In this document: piece after piece, positions 19,407-30,414 of the stretch
Position numbering within the stretch: the stretch's first letter is position 1
Layout of the letters: each line of letters opens with the position of its first letter
DNA from: Clostridiales bacterium
Lineage (GTDB): Bacteria > Bacillota > Clostridia > Christensenellales > JAISNN01
Assembly (NCBI GenBank): GCA_031289755.1
Contig: JAITOU010000023.1
Span: forward strand, 102,837-166,836
Reading direction: 5' to 3'
DNA: 64,000 bases
Notes under the pieces: model-generated
The model's input: only the letters and a program-made list of their open reading frames with translations
Told to the model about the DNA's origin: nothing
The model's database searches: none
Program-made: the position numbers and the translations under genes

Positions 19407-19603
19407 AATATCGATAGAGTCAGACCGCGCCTAATATAAAACCGCCTTGCGTATATCGCTTCAAAATATACGGCGGATATCAATCCGCTTGTGTATATCG
19501 TTTAAAAAGCTATAAGCACATAATCAATCCGCTTACGACAAAAATAACGGCTTTTGCTTGCCGTCCGTATCAAAAAACGTCATTTGTTTTAAAGGAGTTA
19601 CTC

Positions 19604-21007
19604 ATGAAGGTTTTTAATACTCTCAGCCGTAGAAAGGAAGACTTCGCGCCTATCGGCGGCGACGTCCGAATGTATTCTTGCGGACCGACCGTATACAGTT
19701 ATGCCCATATAGGCAATTTTAGGACGTATATTTTTATGGATTTATTGCGGCGCGTTTTGAAGTACGACGGCTACAAAATCAACGGCGTCATGAATATTAC
19801 CGACGTAGGGCATCTCCTGTCGGACGGCGACACCGGCGAAGACAAGATGCAAAAGAGCGCGAAGGAACAAAATAAATCGCCTTATGAGATAGCCGATTTT
19901 TATTCCGCAGCTTTTTTTGAAGACATGAAGAAGCTCAATATCGACTTGCCCGAAAGGATTGTCAAGGCGACCGAGCATATACAAGAAATGATAGATTATG
20001 TAAAGACCTTGCAGGAAAAGGGTTACGCCTACGAGATAAGCGACGGAATTTACTTCGATATCGAAAAATTCGGCGGCTACGGAAAGCTCAGCGGCGCAAA
20101 TCTCGGCGAACAAATAGCGGGAGCGCGTGTCGAAGTCAACGACGAGAAACACAATCCCGCCGATTTTGCGCTGTGGAAAAAAGCCGAAAAGGAACACATT
20201 ATGCAGTGGGACAGCCCGTGGGGCTCGGGATATCCGGGCTGGCATATCGAATGCTCGGCGATGAGTATAAAGTATCTCGGACGGCACTTCGATATCCACA
20301 CCGGCGGCGTGGACCATATACCTATCCACCACGAAAACGAAATCGCCCAAAACGAAGCGTTGACGGGCGATAAGAGTGTAAATTATTGGATTCATTCGGA
20401 ATTTTTGCTCGTGGACGGCGGCAAAATGAGCAAGAGCCTAAAAAACAATTACACCGTCAAGCAGCTCGAAGAACGCGGCTATACCGCGCTCGAATACAGA
20501 TTTTTTTGCTTGAACGCGCATTACAGAAAAAAGCTCAATTTTACCTTTGAAGGAATGGACGGAGCAAAGACGGCTCTCATAAGATTAAACAACACGCTCG
20601 CCCTACACAAAGCGTCGGCAGTCAGGACGCCATTAGAAATCACGGCGGCGTACAAAAAAGAATTTGACGAAGCCGTAAACGACGACCTGAATATTCCGTT
20701 GGCACTCGGCGTTCTCTTTAAAATGTTAAAAGAAAAAAAGAGTGAGGACGTCTACAAAGCCGCGCTCGATATGGACAGAATACTCGGCTTGCGCTTAGAC
20801 GCGTCGGCGGCGACGGCGGACAAAGGGGAAGCGGCGGAAGCGGAAGATAATATCCCCGACGAAATAAAGCTCATAGCCGAAAAGCGCAAAGCCGCCAAAG
20901 CCGACAAAAATTATGCTCTCGCCGACACGCTTAGAAAAGAAGCCGAAGAAAAGGGCTATAAAATCATCGACACAAAGGACGGCGTTGAGATTTCTATTTT
21001 AAAATAA
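19604..21007 (+). CDS. cysS: Cysteine--tRNA ligase
   Basis: 467 aa. Contains HIGN, KMSKS and WHIECS. Confidence 0.98.
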   Translation: MKVFNTLSRRKEDFAPIGGDVRMYSCGPTVYSYAHIGNFRTYIFMDLLRRVLKYDGYKINGVMNITDVGHLLSDGDTGEDKMQKSAKEQNKSPYEIADFYSAAFFEDMKKLNIDLPERIVKATEHIQEMIDYVKTLQEKGYAYEISDGIYFDIEKFGGYGKLSGANLGEQIAGARVEVNDEKHNPADFALWKKAEKEHIMQWDSPWGSGYPGWHIECSAMSIKYLGRHFDIHTGGVDHIPIHHENEIAQNEALTGDKSVNYWIHSEFLLVDGGKMSKSLKNNYTVKQLEERGYTALEYRFFCLNAHYRKKLNFTFEGMDGAKTALIRLNNTLALHKASAVRTPLEITAAYKKEFDEAVNDDLNIPLALGVLFKMLKEKKSEDVYKAALDMDRILGLRLDASAATADKGEAAEAEDNIPDEIKLIAEKRKAAKADKNYALADTLRKEAEEKGYKIIDTKDGVEISILK

Positions 21008-21058
21008 AACACCGCCGACGCTCAATATATTGAGCCGACAGCATAAAAAGCAAATAGA

Positions 21059-21096
21059 AAACCCTTGCACGAAAATTTACCGTGCAAGGGTTTTTG
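21059..21096 (+). terminator. cysS terminator
   Basis: ACCCTTGCACG-loop-CGTGCAAGGGTTTTTG. Confidence 0.9.
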
Positions 21097-21112
21097 TATT
21101 GTACAAATTTGA

Positions 21113-21643
21113 TTAAGCCGTTCCGTCGGTTTTGCGCAAGGTTTTTTTTAGGTCGTCGGGAGTGCCTTCCAAAAAGCCGGAGATATTAAAAGAAAAGGCA
21201 AGGGGAGCGGCTTCGGACGGACGGCGCGAATATGCCGCCTTGTCTTCGGCGGACGCGAATACTTTGAGATAAAAAAACGAGCCGGAAGAGGTTACCGTAC
21301 AGCTTTGGGTATCGTATACAGTCGGTTGTGTCGGCGTGAGTACGGCGTCGTCTTGCAACTCTACGGTTACCGTGCCGCCGTCAAAGGTGATGACGGCATA
21401 AGCCTTGTCTTTTTGTTTTGCCGCAAAGCTTTTCATGCTTTTGAGATAAAAAACAACGGTGGCGGCTATGACACCGGAACCGAGCAGCAATATCAGGAAT
21501 GCTATATGTATGAGCAGCGCGCAGATAATACCGGCGACTATCCCTGCAAGGGTGCATACCGCTCCGGCGATTAAAACGGGTCTTTGACCGGCTTTGATAT
21601 TTTCGGCGTCCGCCGCATTGTATTTTGTCGAAACCTTTACCAT
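21113..21643 (-). CDS. Hypothetical two-TM membrane protein
   Basis: 176-aa ORF with two adjacent TM segments followed by a soluble domain. No SD is visible. Confidence 0.5.
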   Translation of the reverse strand: MVKVSTKYNAADAENIKAGQRPVLIAGAVCTLAGIVAGIICALLIHIAFLILLLGSGVIAATVVFYLKSMKSFAAKQKDKAYAVITFDGGTVTVELQDDAVLTPTQPTVYDTQSCTVTSSGSFFYLKVFASAEDKAAYSRRPSEAAPLAFSFNISGFLEGTPDDLKKTLRKTDGTA

Positions 21644-21676
21644 ATTTTCAGTTTTACGGCATCTGCCGCTTTTGTT

Positions 21677-22414
21677 TTATTTGAGCGTCAAAGTCGCGAT
21701 ATATACCGCGTCGGTCAAATTTTGTCCGTTGGCTTTGATTTCGGCGTCAAGACCGTCGGCTTTTGCTTTGATGTACAGATGCGATATGCCTATTCCCATA
21801 TCGATTTTGCGCATATCGGCGATTAAAAAACGGCTAACGATGGATTTTGGTTTAGATAAATAAAAATTGTAGGAAGAACCGTTTTTTTCGACAAGCCAAG
21901 GCTGATTATTGACCGCACTCGGCGCAAAGCGTACCGCGTCTATATAATCGTCCTTTTCTTTCAAAGCTATTTCGTCTAAGGTGTTTCGCTTAAAGCCGTC
22001 GGGAGTTCGGGTCAAAGCACCTTCGGGATAGCCTGCCGACATGGATATGACAAACTCTAAGCCGTCCGAATTTCGGTAAGCTCGCGCGGGTTTTTTCATG
22101 CCCCACCAGCAAGTGCCGATACCGAGAGCTTGCAATTCGAGCGAAAGCTGCTGCCCCAAAAAACCTACGTTTTCGAGATAGCCGACCGTCGTTTCGCTAA
22201 AAAAGCCTATGCAATACTTTGAACGGCCGTTCTTGACCTCTTCGCCGTCCTTTAACATGACGATTTTGCAGCGTATGTCCTTAAACAACGGCACAAGTCC
22301 GAATTTCGCCGCAAGGTCGGTGCCGTCTTCAAAAAAATCGACTTTCTTGTAGGAATATTCTCTGACGGACATTCTGTCATAAATTTTGCTGCTCAATAAT
22401 TTGTAATCTTTCAT
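21677..22414 (-). CDS. Nitroreductase-family protein
   Basis: Contains SVREYS near the N-terminus and PSAVNNQPW. Confidence 0.75.
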   Translation of the reverse strand: MKDYKLLSSKIYDRMSVREYSYKKVDFFEDGTDLAAKFGLVPLFKDIRCKIVMLKDGEEVKNGRSKYCIGFFSETTVGYLENVGFLGQQLSLELQALGIGTCWWGMKKPARAYRNSDGLEFVISMSAGYPEGALTRTPDGFKRNTLDEIALKEKDDYIDAVRFAPSAVNNQPWLVEKNGSSYNFYLSKPKSIVSRFLIADMRKIDMGIGISHLYIKAKADGLDAEIKANGQNLTDAVYIATLTLK

Positions 22415-22698
22415 AATATAAATATAATAACACGGAATATAAAATTTTGCAAGACATTTTGCTAATTTAAGGGAATACGGAGAGAGAAGTCACCCTTTTG
22501 TGCCATTTATCAAATTAGCCTTAAAAAACAAAAAAAGTAAAGCGTGAGCCTTGTATTTCGACGATATTGTAACTTTTTTATAGCAGGTTGACGTTTTCTA
22601 TTGAAATCGGTTCGGATATGTGATAAAATATGTAATAATTATAATTTTAATGTATAACGATTAAAGTCTTAGCTTTAATTTTTGATAAGGGTTTTCTG

Positions 22699-23850
22699 AT
22701 GTCGTTTAAAATTCCGCAGGAAGTAATAATCAAAAAATACGCGCTCGTTTCGTCGGGGGCGTACATCGGGCGTTACGGAAAGAATTGTTTGATAATAGCC
22801 GGTAAGCATTTTGCCGAGAGCGAAGACGCCGATATACTTGCGTCGGCGTTGTCTTTAAAAAACATAAGCTTCGAGACGGAGATTTACGGGGTCGGAGAGC
22901 CGACCGTAGGGTATATAGATGAGCTTACCGAGAAGTACAGATACGACGGCGCGTCGGCTGTCGATTGCGTGATAGGCGTCGGGGGCGGCAGTGTTTTGGA
23001 CGCGGCGAAAGCCTTAGCCGGAATGCTTGTCAACGACGGCGGTGTCGAAAAGTATTTGGAGCTTCCGGGAATGTCGCTTATGCAAAATACGCCTTTGCCG
23101 TTTGTCGCCGTTCCGACGACTGCCGGTACTGGCGCGGAAGCGACAAAAAACGCCGTGATAAAAAACACGGAAAAGCAATACAAAAAAAGCTTGCGCGACG
23201 AACGGCTCATGGCAAAATTGGTTTTGATAGACGCGTCGCTCTACACGGGCGCGCCGGAAGAAACGACGGCGCATTCGGGAATGGACGCGCTCACACAGCT
23301 TATCGAAAGCTTTACTTCAAAAAAAGCGACGCCCGAGACCGACGAATATTGTCGGCAGGGAATAAAGCACATCAGGTATCTTGCTACGGCATACAGTGAC
23401 GGCGGCAACATCGCGGCACGCGAAGAAACCGCTCTCGCCGCTTTTAAGTCGGGCGTGGCTATAAATAACAGCGGAGTGGGTGCGGTTCACGCGCTGGCGT
23501 CGCCGATAGGCGCGCATACGGGGCTTCCGCACGGACTTATCTGCGGAATACTGTTGCCCCACGTCATGGAGATAAACAGAGATTATGCTCTCGCCAAATA
23601 CGCGGAAGCCGGGCGTCTTTTGACGGGTGATTCCGTCTCGGACGACCGCAAAATGGCGGATATGCTGATAAACGCCGTCAAAAGTCTTGCCGCGTCCTTT
23701 AAAATCCCGTCTTCGTTTAAAAGCGAAAGACTTGCCGCGCTTGCCGAAACAATTGCAAAGGAATGCGCGGAGTCCGCGTCTATGATGTCAAATCCTTATC
23801 CCTTTGACGAAAAGTTTTTGAAAAAATTCATCGCAAAGGTCGCTAAATAA
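22699..23850 (+). CDS. Iron-containing alcohol dehydrogenase
   Basis: Contains GGGSVLDAAKA and PTTAGTGAE, with a His cluster in GLPHGLICGILLPH. Confidence 0.9.
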   Translation: MSFKIPQEVIIKKYALVSSGAYIGRYGKNCLIIAGKHFAESEDADILASALSLKNISFETEIYGVGEPTVGYIDELTEKYRYDGASAVDCVIGVGGGSVLDAAKALAGMLVNDGGVEKYLELPGMSLMQNTPLPFVAVPTTAGTGAEATKNAVIKNTEKQYKKSLRDERLMAKLVLIDASLYTGAPEETTAHSGMDALTQLIESFTSKKATPETDEYCRQGIKHIRYLATAYSDGGNIAAREETALAAFKSGVAINNSGVGAVHALASPIGAHTGLPHGLICGILLPHVMEINRDYALAKYAEAGRLLTGDSVSDDRKMADMLINAVKSLAASFKIPSSFKSERLAALAETIAKECAESASMMSNPYPFDEKFLKKFIAKVAK

Positions 23851-23938
23851 ACAATGGTACGGCTTATAGAGTACGCACGGTAATTATAAACCGTCCGATA
23901 AAATACTTAGTATCTAATCGTATTATAAGGAATGAATT

Positions 23939-24871
23939 ATGTTAAAAGATAAGAGAACGGCGGCGGATATTTCGGTATTTTGCGTGTATATCGCGCTCAT
24001 GCTGCTCAATATGTTTTTTTATTTGGGCGCGGTCAAGCTCTCCGACAATGCGACGGAGCGGATTTTTACCGTGCTTTCGCAGGTCGTCTGCATGGGGATT
24101 TTGCCTTTCTTTCTCTTCCGCGCCTTTAACAAGGATTCGGATATCGGGGAGCATATAAGCCTGCGCCGTCCAAAAGGCGGAACGATGCCAAAAATCTTAC
24201 TCATAGCCCTGATGATGATATTTATCAATATGACGATATCGGTCATCAACTATATCGCTTTGCAGATTTTCGGCTTTTCTGCGGTCAGCAGCGCGGGAAC
24301 GATATATAACGGCTACGGCACTCTATTCCTTGACCTGATATTGACGGCCATGCTTCCGGCGGTCTTTGAAGAATTTACATTTAGGGGCGTTGTACTCGGC
24401 GCATACAAGGACAGCCCGATAGCCGGAATCATCATCTCGTCGCTTCTCTTTGCTTTGATGCACACAAACGTTTTGCAATTTCTCTACGCCTTTGTCGGCG
24501 GCGTGGTCATGGCGGTTCTCGTCATCAAGACAAGGAGTATCATAGCGTCGTCGATTATTCATTTTGCCATAAACGCTTTCAGCGTTCTCAGGTCTTACGG
24601 ATATCAGTACGCTTCGTCGCCCGCAAATATCCTGAACGTACTTTTGGACTTCCTGCTCAGTCCGGCGTTTATTATTATTTTCTTTGCCGGAGTGGTATTT
24701 ATGGCGGTTGCCGTCGTTCGTATCTTAAAAAAAATCGACGCGGACGACCCGGTGGATTTGAAGGCAAAAGCTCCGAAACGACCATTTGGCAGCAATGCTT
24801 TTTTGGCGGGGGCTATTGTCTTCGGTACGCTCATGACCGTCTTTACCTTTGTATGGGGAGTAGCGAGATAG
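23939..24871 (+). CDS. CPBP-family intramembrane glutamic endopeptidase
   Basis: Contains EEFTFRG, ALMH and HFAINA motifs. Confidence 0.85.
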   Translation: MLKDKRTAADISVFCVYIALMLLNMFFYLGAVKLSDNATERIFTVLSQVVCMGILPFFLFRAFNKDSDIGEHISLRRPKGGTMPKILLIALMMIFINMTISVINYIALQIFGFSAVSSAGTIYNGYGTLFLDLILTAMLPAVFEEFTFRGVVLGAYKDSPIAGIIISSLLFALMHTNVLQFLYAFVGGVVMAVLVIKTRSIIASSIIHFAINAFSVLRSYGYQYASSPANILNVLLDFLLSPAFIIIFFAGVVFMAVAVVRILKKIDADDPVDLKAKAPKRPFGSNAFLAGAIVFGTLMTVFTFVWGVAR

Positions 24872-24875
24872 ATTG

Positions 24876-25340
24876 ATGAAGATAAATATTATTTCGGTGG
24901 GAAAGCTGAAAGAAAGCTATTATCTCGAAGCCTTTGACGAATACGTCAAAAGACTCACGCCCTTTTGCACCTTTTCACTCACCGAAACGCCCGAATGCGT
25001 CAAGCTCAACAATGCCGACGAGATAAAGCTCGCGGAAGGGCGCAATATATCCGAAAGGCTTTTAAAGAGCAAGGGCTTTACCGTGTCGTTGGACAGAACG
25101 GGCGACACCGTAGACAGTCAGGGCTTCGCGGACATTATAGACACGGGACTGACAAAAAGCGGCTCGGTAAATTTTGTTATAGGCGGCTCGCACGGATTGA
25201 GCGGCGACGTCTTAAAGCAGTCGGACAGGGTAGTGTCCTTCGGCGCAATCACATATCCGCATCAGCTCTTTCGCGTCATACTTGCCGAACAAATATACAG
25301 AGCGTTTATGATAAGAGCAAACAGAGCCTATCATAAGTAA
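24876..25340 (+). CDS. rlmH: 23S rRNA (pseudouridine1915-N3)-methyltransferase
   Basis: MKINIISVGKLKE...FVIGGSHGL...TYPHQLFRVILAEQIYRAF...YHK. The ATG at 24876 is preferred over the TTG at 24873. Confidence 0.95.
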   Translation: MKINIISVGKLKESYYLEAFDEYVKRLTPFCTFSLTETPECVKLNNADEIKLAEGRNISERLLKSKGFTVSLDRTGDTVDSQGFADIIDTGLTKSGSVNFVIGGSHGLSGDVLKQSDRVVSFGAITYPHQLFRVILAEQIYRAFMIRANRAYHK

Positions 25341-25434
25341 GCGGTTATTTTTTTTTAGGAACAATATATGACGCGTACGGAGCATATCAAAAAATCAATA
25401 CACTCATGCTTCGTTAATGTTAAGGAGTCAGGGT

Positions 25435-26616
25435 ATGAAAAAATTTTTAAAAATCTTTTTTTTGTCGATACTTATATTGGTCGTTTCTATCGTAGTCTTT
25501 ATCGGTGAGCCGACGTTAGACGTGACGGGCAAGACCTTTACGGAGAACGACTATTCCGCCGTTTTAAGCGACAGTATTTCGGGCAATCCGCTTGTGACAG
25601 ACATAGCCATGCTTGCGGCGCACGACACCTTGTCGCAGGGTATAAAACGCAATTCAAAGATAAATACAAAGGACTCGGGCGGCTTTCTTTCAAATCCTAA
25701 GATAAGCTTTTTGACCGAAACGGGAATATTTCAGGGTATAGCCGGCGGCTTGATACAGCGCATTTCCGTAGCTCAAAAATCTACCGTCTACGACCTGTTA
25801 AAACGCGGCGTGAGATACTTTGACCTTAGGGTCGCCGAATACGACGGCGTTTGGTACGGCGTACACGGGCTTGTGGGGGACAGCTTGGACGGTGCCGTCA
25901 AGGATTGTATAAGATTTATGAGCGAGAACGACGGTGAGATAATCGTCCTTGAATTTCGTCATATCTATGCCGTCGGCGATACGCAATACAAGGATTTATT
26001 CGATTATGTAGCCGGTATCAGATACGGCAACGAAGGGCTGTACGACTATCTGCGCTTTGACCCTGACAGCATAGCCTTAGGCGATTTGAGATATTCCGAC
26101 GCCGTCAGCGGCGGTTCGGGCGTCGTGCTGACCGCTCCCGACTTTTACTCCTACGCCATGAAAAAGGGCGGAATTTATTACGGCGGTGATATAACGGAAG
26201 AGGCGTTGCAGTCCGTTCCGGCGGAATATTTATCCGAAAAGCCGACCGAAGTATATGCGGACATTCCGAGAGCCGTCTGGCACAACGAGATAAGCGACGA
26301 AGCAATGCTCGAAGGTATAAGAGCGGAATATAATTATCTCAAAGAAAATCCCGATATCTACGGCGGCACTTTCCGCATAAATCAAGCCCAAAAAACACCT
26401 AAAATGGCAGTGAAAAGTATTCCGTCCGTCGTCGCCGGCTGGTCGCTGTTGAATCTCGCAAACAAATTTAATCCCGTCTTATTAAATCAAGCGGATTTTT
26501 TGGATTGGCTGAGCGTCATGCCTGTCTTTCATGTCGATTATGCGGACTCTATGAAGGACGGCTTTAACGACAATGTGATAGCCTTAATCAACGAATACAA
26601 CAAAAAACTTATATAA
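25435..26616 (+). CDS. Membrane-anchored PLC-like phosphodiesterase (PI-PLC X-domain-like)
   Basis: N-terminal TM, with AAHDT...RYFDLRV...VHG spacing typical of PI-PLC X domains. The ATG at 25435 follows AAGGAG. Confidence 0.5.
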   Translation: MKKFLKIFFLSILILVVSIVVFIGEPTLDVTGKTFTENDYSAVLSDSISGNPLVTDIAMLAAHDTLSQGIKRNSKINTKDSGGFLSNPKISFLTETGIFQGIAGGLIQRISVAQKSTVYDLLKRGVRYFDLRVAEYDGVWYGVHGLVGDSLDGAVKDCIRFMSENDGEIIVLEFRHIYAVGDTQYKDLFDYVAGIRYGNEGLYDYLRFDPDSIALGDLRYSDAVSGGSGVVLTAPDFYSYAMKKGGIYYGGDITEEALQSVPAEYLSEKPTEVYADIPRAVWHNEISDEAMLEGIRAEYNYLKENPDIYGGTFRINQAQKTPKMAVKSIPSVVAGWSLLNLANKFNPVLLNQADFLDWLSVMPVFHVDYADSMKDGFNDNVIALINEYNKKLI

Positions 26617-26690
26617 ATTACAACAGCCAAATATATAATTTACAACAGTCCACATACTATAAATAGTACCGTTTAAAAAAAGGAGATAAT

Positions 26691-27821
26691 ATGTTATCGG
26701 ACATCAGACTTGCAAAGCTTGCAAAAAATCTCGTTAATTATTCCTGCGACCTCAAAAAAGGCGAAAAGCTTCTGATAGAATTTTCGGACAGCGTAGATTA
26801 TCAGCTCGTCGGGCATATATTAAAGGAAGCGTTTTCGGTCGGCGCATATCCATTTTTGCAGATGAACAACGACCGCATAAAGCGCGAAGTAATGCTCAAT
26901 ATGACGACGGAGCTTGCCGATTTTATGGCTAAGTACGACAAGTACAGAATGGAGGATATGGACGCCTATATAGGTATACGCGGAACAAATAACGTATACG
27001 AATTGTCCGACGTTGACCCCGACAAGCGAAAGATATACGACATACACTACGCCCAGCCGGTACATCACGACATAAGAGTGGACAAGACAAAATGGGTTAT
27101 TCTCCGTTATCCGACCGAAGCTATGAGCCAGCAGTCGAGAATGACCACCGAAAAATTTGAGGATTTTTACTTCAAGGTCTGCAATCTCGACTATGCCAAA
27201 ATGTCCGCCGCCATGCAGCCGCTCGTCGAGCTGATGGACAAGACCGACAAGGTGAGAATAGTAGCCAAGGACACCGACTTAAATTTCTCTATAAAGGACA
27301 TATCGGCAATCAAATGTTCGGGGCTTAGGAATATCCCCGACGGCGAAGTGTATACCGCGCCCGTCAAGGACAGCGTGGAAGGCGTCATCACCTACAACGC
27401 ACCGTCCATCTACAACGGTTCGGAATACAACGGCGTCAGGCTCACCTTTAAAAAGGGCAAAATCATAAAAGCCGAAGCCGCAACGCCCGAACAGACTAAG
27501 GCGGCTAACAAAATCTTCGATACCGACGGGGGAGCGCGCTATGTCGGCGAATTTGCAATCGGCGTCAATCCTTACGTCAAAAAAGCTATGGGCGATATAC
27601 TTTTTGACGAAAAAATCAGCGGCTCTATTCACTTCACGCCGGGTAGCTGCTACACCGAAGCCGACAACGGCAATCAATCCGCCGTACATTGGGATTTGGT
27701 ACTCATTCAGACAAAAGAATTTGGCGGCGGAGAAATATACTTCGACGGCAAATTGATAAGAAAGGACGGAAGCTTCGTCCTGCCGGAATTGCAATGCTTA
27801 AATCCCGAAAACCTTAAATAA
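26691..27821 (+). CDS. M29-family aminopeptidase (AmpS/PepS-like)
   Basis: 376 aa. The N-terminus (LAKLAKNLVNYSCDLKKGEKLLIE) and C-terminal EFAIGVNP...GSIHFTPG pattern match. Confidence 0.85.
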   Translation: MLSDIRLAKLAKNLVNYSCDLKKGEKLLIEFSDSVDYQLVGHILKEAFSVGAYPFLQMNNDRIKREVMLNMTTELADFMAKYDKYRMEDMDAYIGIRGTNNVYELSDVDPDKRKIYDIHYAQPVHHDIRVDKTKWVILRYPTEAMSQQSRMTTEKFEDFYFKVCNLDYAKMSAAMQPLVELMDKTDKVRIVAKDTDLNFSIKDISAIKCSGLRNIPDGEVYTAPVKDSVEGVITYNAPSIYNGSEYNGVRLTFKKGKIIKAEAATPEQTKAANKIFDTDGGARYVGEFAIGVNPYVKKAMGDILFDEKISGSIHFTPGSCYTEADNGNQSAVHWDLVLIQTKEFGGGEIYFDGKLIRKDGSFVLPELQCLNPENLK

Positions 27822-27843
27822 TTTTTACACGCCTATAATAAAT

Positions 27844-27892
27844 CGGCGCGGCGTCTTGCTTATAAAGCAAAACGCCGCGCCGTTATTTTTTT
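27844..27892 (+). terminator. Bidirectional terminator between convergent genes
   Basis: CGGCGCGGCGT...ACGCCGCGCCG followed by TTATTTTTTT. Confidence 0.85.
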
Positions 27893-27907
27893 CAACAGAA
27901 TTTTTGA

Positions 27908-28483
27908 TTATTTTTTAGGCTCTGTGTATTTTTCGGCGGGGAGCTTAGATTTGAGAAGTTTTTTTAATTCGTCAAAGGAAGAGTCTGTCATGCCGTCCTT
28001 TGCGAGCAGGAAGGCTTGCAGTCTGTCTATGTAGATATACAGATATTCCGTATCTTCGCAAACGTTAAAAAGCGTGTTGTAATATTGCTTTATAACCGAG
28101 AGAGCTTCGCCGTCGACCGACGCCGTTACGGTAAAATAATCTTCGTAAAACAAATAATGACAGATTGAATTGTCGCCAATACGCGGTGAAGAAGCGGCTT
28201 GCCTTTCAAGATTTTTTTTGATTAAGCGCGGATAGGCAAGGTACATATAAAGACCCGCGCCGACGGCGCAAGCCAAAAATAAGGCAGGCATAAAATATAA
28301 ATCGAAATTGTAATCGGGACTGTTTTTATCTAAGCCGCTTTTAATTATAACAAAAGAGAAGAACGCAATGAAAGTAAAAATAAAGAAAAACAAAGCGGAT
28401 AAGGATAGTTTTACCTTTTTTGCTTTATAAAGTCCGAGAGCGGTATAGGCTTTTAACGATATAACGGTTTTGTTTTCAAACAT
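27908..28483 (-). CDS. YcxB-like membrane protein
   Basis: Two TM segments are followed by a C-terminal domain with the F..ED.F...........Y..I......E....IY......AFLL.K pattern. Confidence 0.5.
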   Translation of the reverse strand: MFENKTVISLKAYTALGLYKAKKVKLSLSALFFFIFTFIAFFSFVIIKSGLDKNSPDYNFDLYFMPALFLACAVGAGLYMYLAYPRLIKKNLERQAASSPRIGDNSICHYLFYEDYFTVTASVDGEALSVIKQYYNTLFNVCEDTEYLYIYIDRLQAFLLAKDGMTDSSFDELKKLLKSKLPAEKYTEPKK

Positions 28484-28495
28484 ATATTTTTCCTT

Positions 28496-28530
28496 ATAAA
28501 AACACCGCGCAAATCTGCTTGCGCGGTGTT
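28496..28530 (-). terminator. Terminator of the GPH transporter gene
   Basis: AACACCGCGCAA / TTGCGCGGTGTT perfect 12-bp stem, with a U-run on the minus strand. Confidence 0.85.
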
Positions 28531-28589
28531 ATTCGTTTTACTTATTGAAACACCGCTTTATAATGAGCTTACAGTGTTTGAGTTAAAGA

Positions 28590-30101
28590 TTATTCGGCTT
28601 CCGTGACGGGTTGTTCGGCTTTTCTGGCGTTGATTTCCGCAACGGCGGCTCTTTGGGTCTTTTCGTCGAATTTGTAGAAGATTATAGGAATTGCACAGAG
28701 AAGCATACTTATCGCGCCCGACAAGACGAGCATAGCCCACAGCTTTTGCAAGCCCGAATCGGTTATCGTTCCGCCTGCGTCGGTAGGGTTGACGCCGGAC
28801 ATTCCGTAGGCAATTACGCCGATAAAAGCACCGGCGGCAAGACCGATTTTGTTGATAAAGGTTTGCATAGCAAAGCAAATTCCTTCGCCGCGCTCACCGG
28901 TTTTCCATTCGAGATAGTCTACCGAATCACCGATAAAAGCATAGAGCATGACGTTTGAAAAGCCCTGCGGTATTCCCAAGATAATCAGACCGATAAGAGC
29001 AAAGATGAGTCCTGCCGACGACTTATATCCGATAAAATACATAGCGAACATAAATGCCGCGCCGACTAAGTGAGAGTATATGTAGGTGTTCTTTTTGCCG
29101 AATTTTTTTGTGCAGTACGGCACGAGAAGCGTCGCGATAAGTCCGCCCGGAATGACCGCCAAGGTGATAATGCTGTACAATGCTTCGCCTTGCATACCGA
29201 GAAAGGATACCGCCGTCAAAGCGTATTTTGCAAAATACAGACCGCCGACTCCGATATACACGGTCTTTGCACAGCCCAAAACGCCGCTGATTATAATCAA
29301 TATAAGGGGCTTGTTTTTGCCGAGCAGTTTGAGATTATGTATAAGCGAATGAGCTTTTTGGTCGTTATGTATATGTTCCTTTGTCTTTTTGAAGCCGTAA
29401 TAAAACATCGGAACGGCTATGACGACAATAATTAATGCGACTATAAAATATGTCCAAGCGAGCGATGTGCCGGCTTCCGCCGCTTTTTCCGTTAAGATGT
29501 AACCGTCTGCGTCGGTATATTTCTTTTGGAGAGCCGACGTGATAGGGGGAATAAGGACGGTGACCAAGCCTGCGCCCAAGGTACAGCATAGGCGAGCCAC
29601 CATAAGGAGCTTGCCCCGTATCTCCGTATCGTTTGTCATTGACGACGAAAGTCCCCAATACGGTACGTCGGCGATGGTATACGCCACGCTCCATATGACA
29701 TAAAAAAGGGAGATGATTATCATACTCGGAAGGTTGTTTTTGTAGACGGGTAAAAAGCATAAAAGCGTCAACGCCGCGATAGGTATCGCCGACCACCTAA
29801 GGAACGGACGGCACTTACCGTATTTTGTACGCGTTTTGTCTACTAAGCTGCCCATGATAGGGTCGTTGAAGGCGTCGAACAATCTGGTGAACAACATCAG
29901 ATAAGCGACAAAAACATAATCAAAAAAAATCGCGTCGGTCATAAACATGATGAGATATGAGCCGATTACGGTGCAAATAAGGTTTTGTCCGAAGCCGGTT
30001 ATGCTGTAAGCTATGGCTTCTTTTGGTTGAAGTCCCTTGTCGGGAACCGTGCCGAAGAGCTTATGCAGGTTGTTTGTGAGCTTTTGCCCGTTTGAAGTCA
30101 T
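28590..30101 (-). CDS. Glycoside-pentoside-hexuronide (GPH)/MFS cation symporter
   Basis: 12 TM. GPH signature FDAFNDPIMGSLVDKTRTKYGKCRPF. The ATG at 30101 follows AAGGAGAG and is preferred over 30134. Confidence 0.85.
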   Translation of the reverse strand: MTSNGQKLTNNLHKLFGTVPDKGLQPKEAIAYSITGFGQNLICTVIGSYLIMFMTDAIFFDYVFVAYLMLFTRLFDAFNDPIMGSLVDKTRTKYGKCRPFLRWSAIPIAALTLLCFLPVYKNNLPSMIIISLFYVIWSVAYTIADVPYWGLSSSMTNDTEIRGKLLMVARLCCTLGAGLVTVLIPPITSALQKKYTDADGYILTEKAAEAGTSLAWTYFIVALIIVVIAVPMFYYGFKKTKEHIHNDQKAHSLIHNLKLLGKNKPLILIIISGVLGCAKTVYIGVGGLYFAKYALTAVSFLGMQGEALYSIITLAVIPGGLIATLLVPYCTKKFGKKNTYIYSHLVGAAFMFAMYFIGYKSSAGLIFALIGLIILGIPQGFSNVMLYAFIGDSVDYLEWKTGERGEGICFAMQTFINKIGLAAGAFIGVIAYGMSGVNPTDAGGTITDSGLQKLWAMLVLSGAISMLLCAIPIIFYKFDEKTQRAAVAEINARKAEQPVTEAE

Positions 30102-30378
30102 TATGGTTCTCTCCTTATTAGGCGAAAATGTCAATGCCGCACAAGGTAAGTAAAGTACACAGCGTCGCCGTATAGTATTATATCATAAAAATACCTGCAA
30201 TTCAATATTTTTTTTGAATTAAGATACATTTTTTGAATTGAGATACGGGTGAGACATATCGGAGCTTGTCACGGCTGCCGATATGCGGACAAAAGTAAAC
30301 GCGCCCGATTAAGGGCGCAGCGGATAATATTTTTGACGTAAAATTTGAAAAAATCGGCGAATTTTTTAAAAACACATA

Positions 30379-30408
30379 TTGACACGAAAGCACGGCATGG
30401 AGTACAAT
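30379..30408 (+). promoter_or_regulatory. Promoter placing the TSS at or next to the ATG of the following gene
   Basis: TTGACA-18 nt-TACAAT. The -10 ends 6 nt before the ATG at 30415. Confidence 0.5.
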
Positions 30409-30414
30409 ATTTTT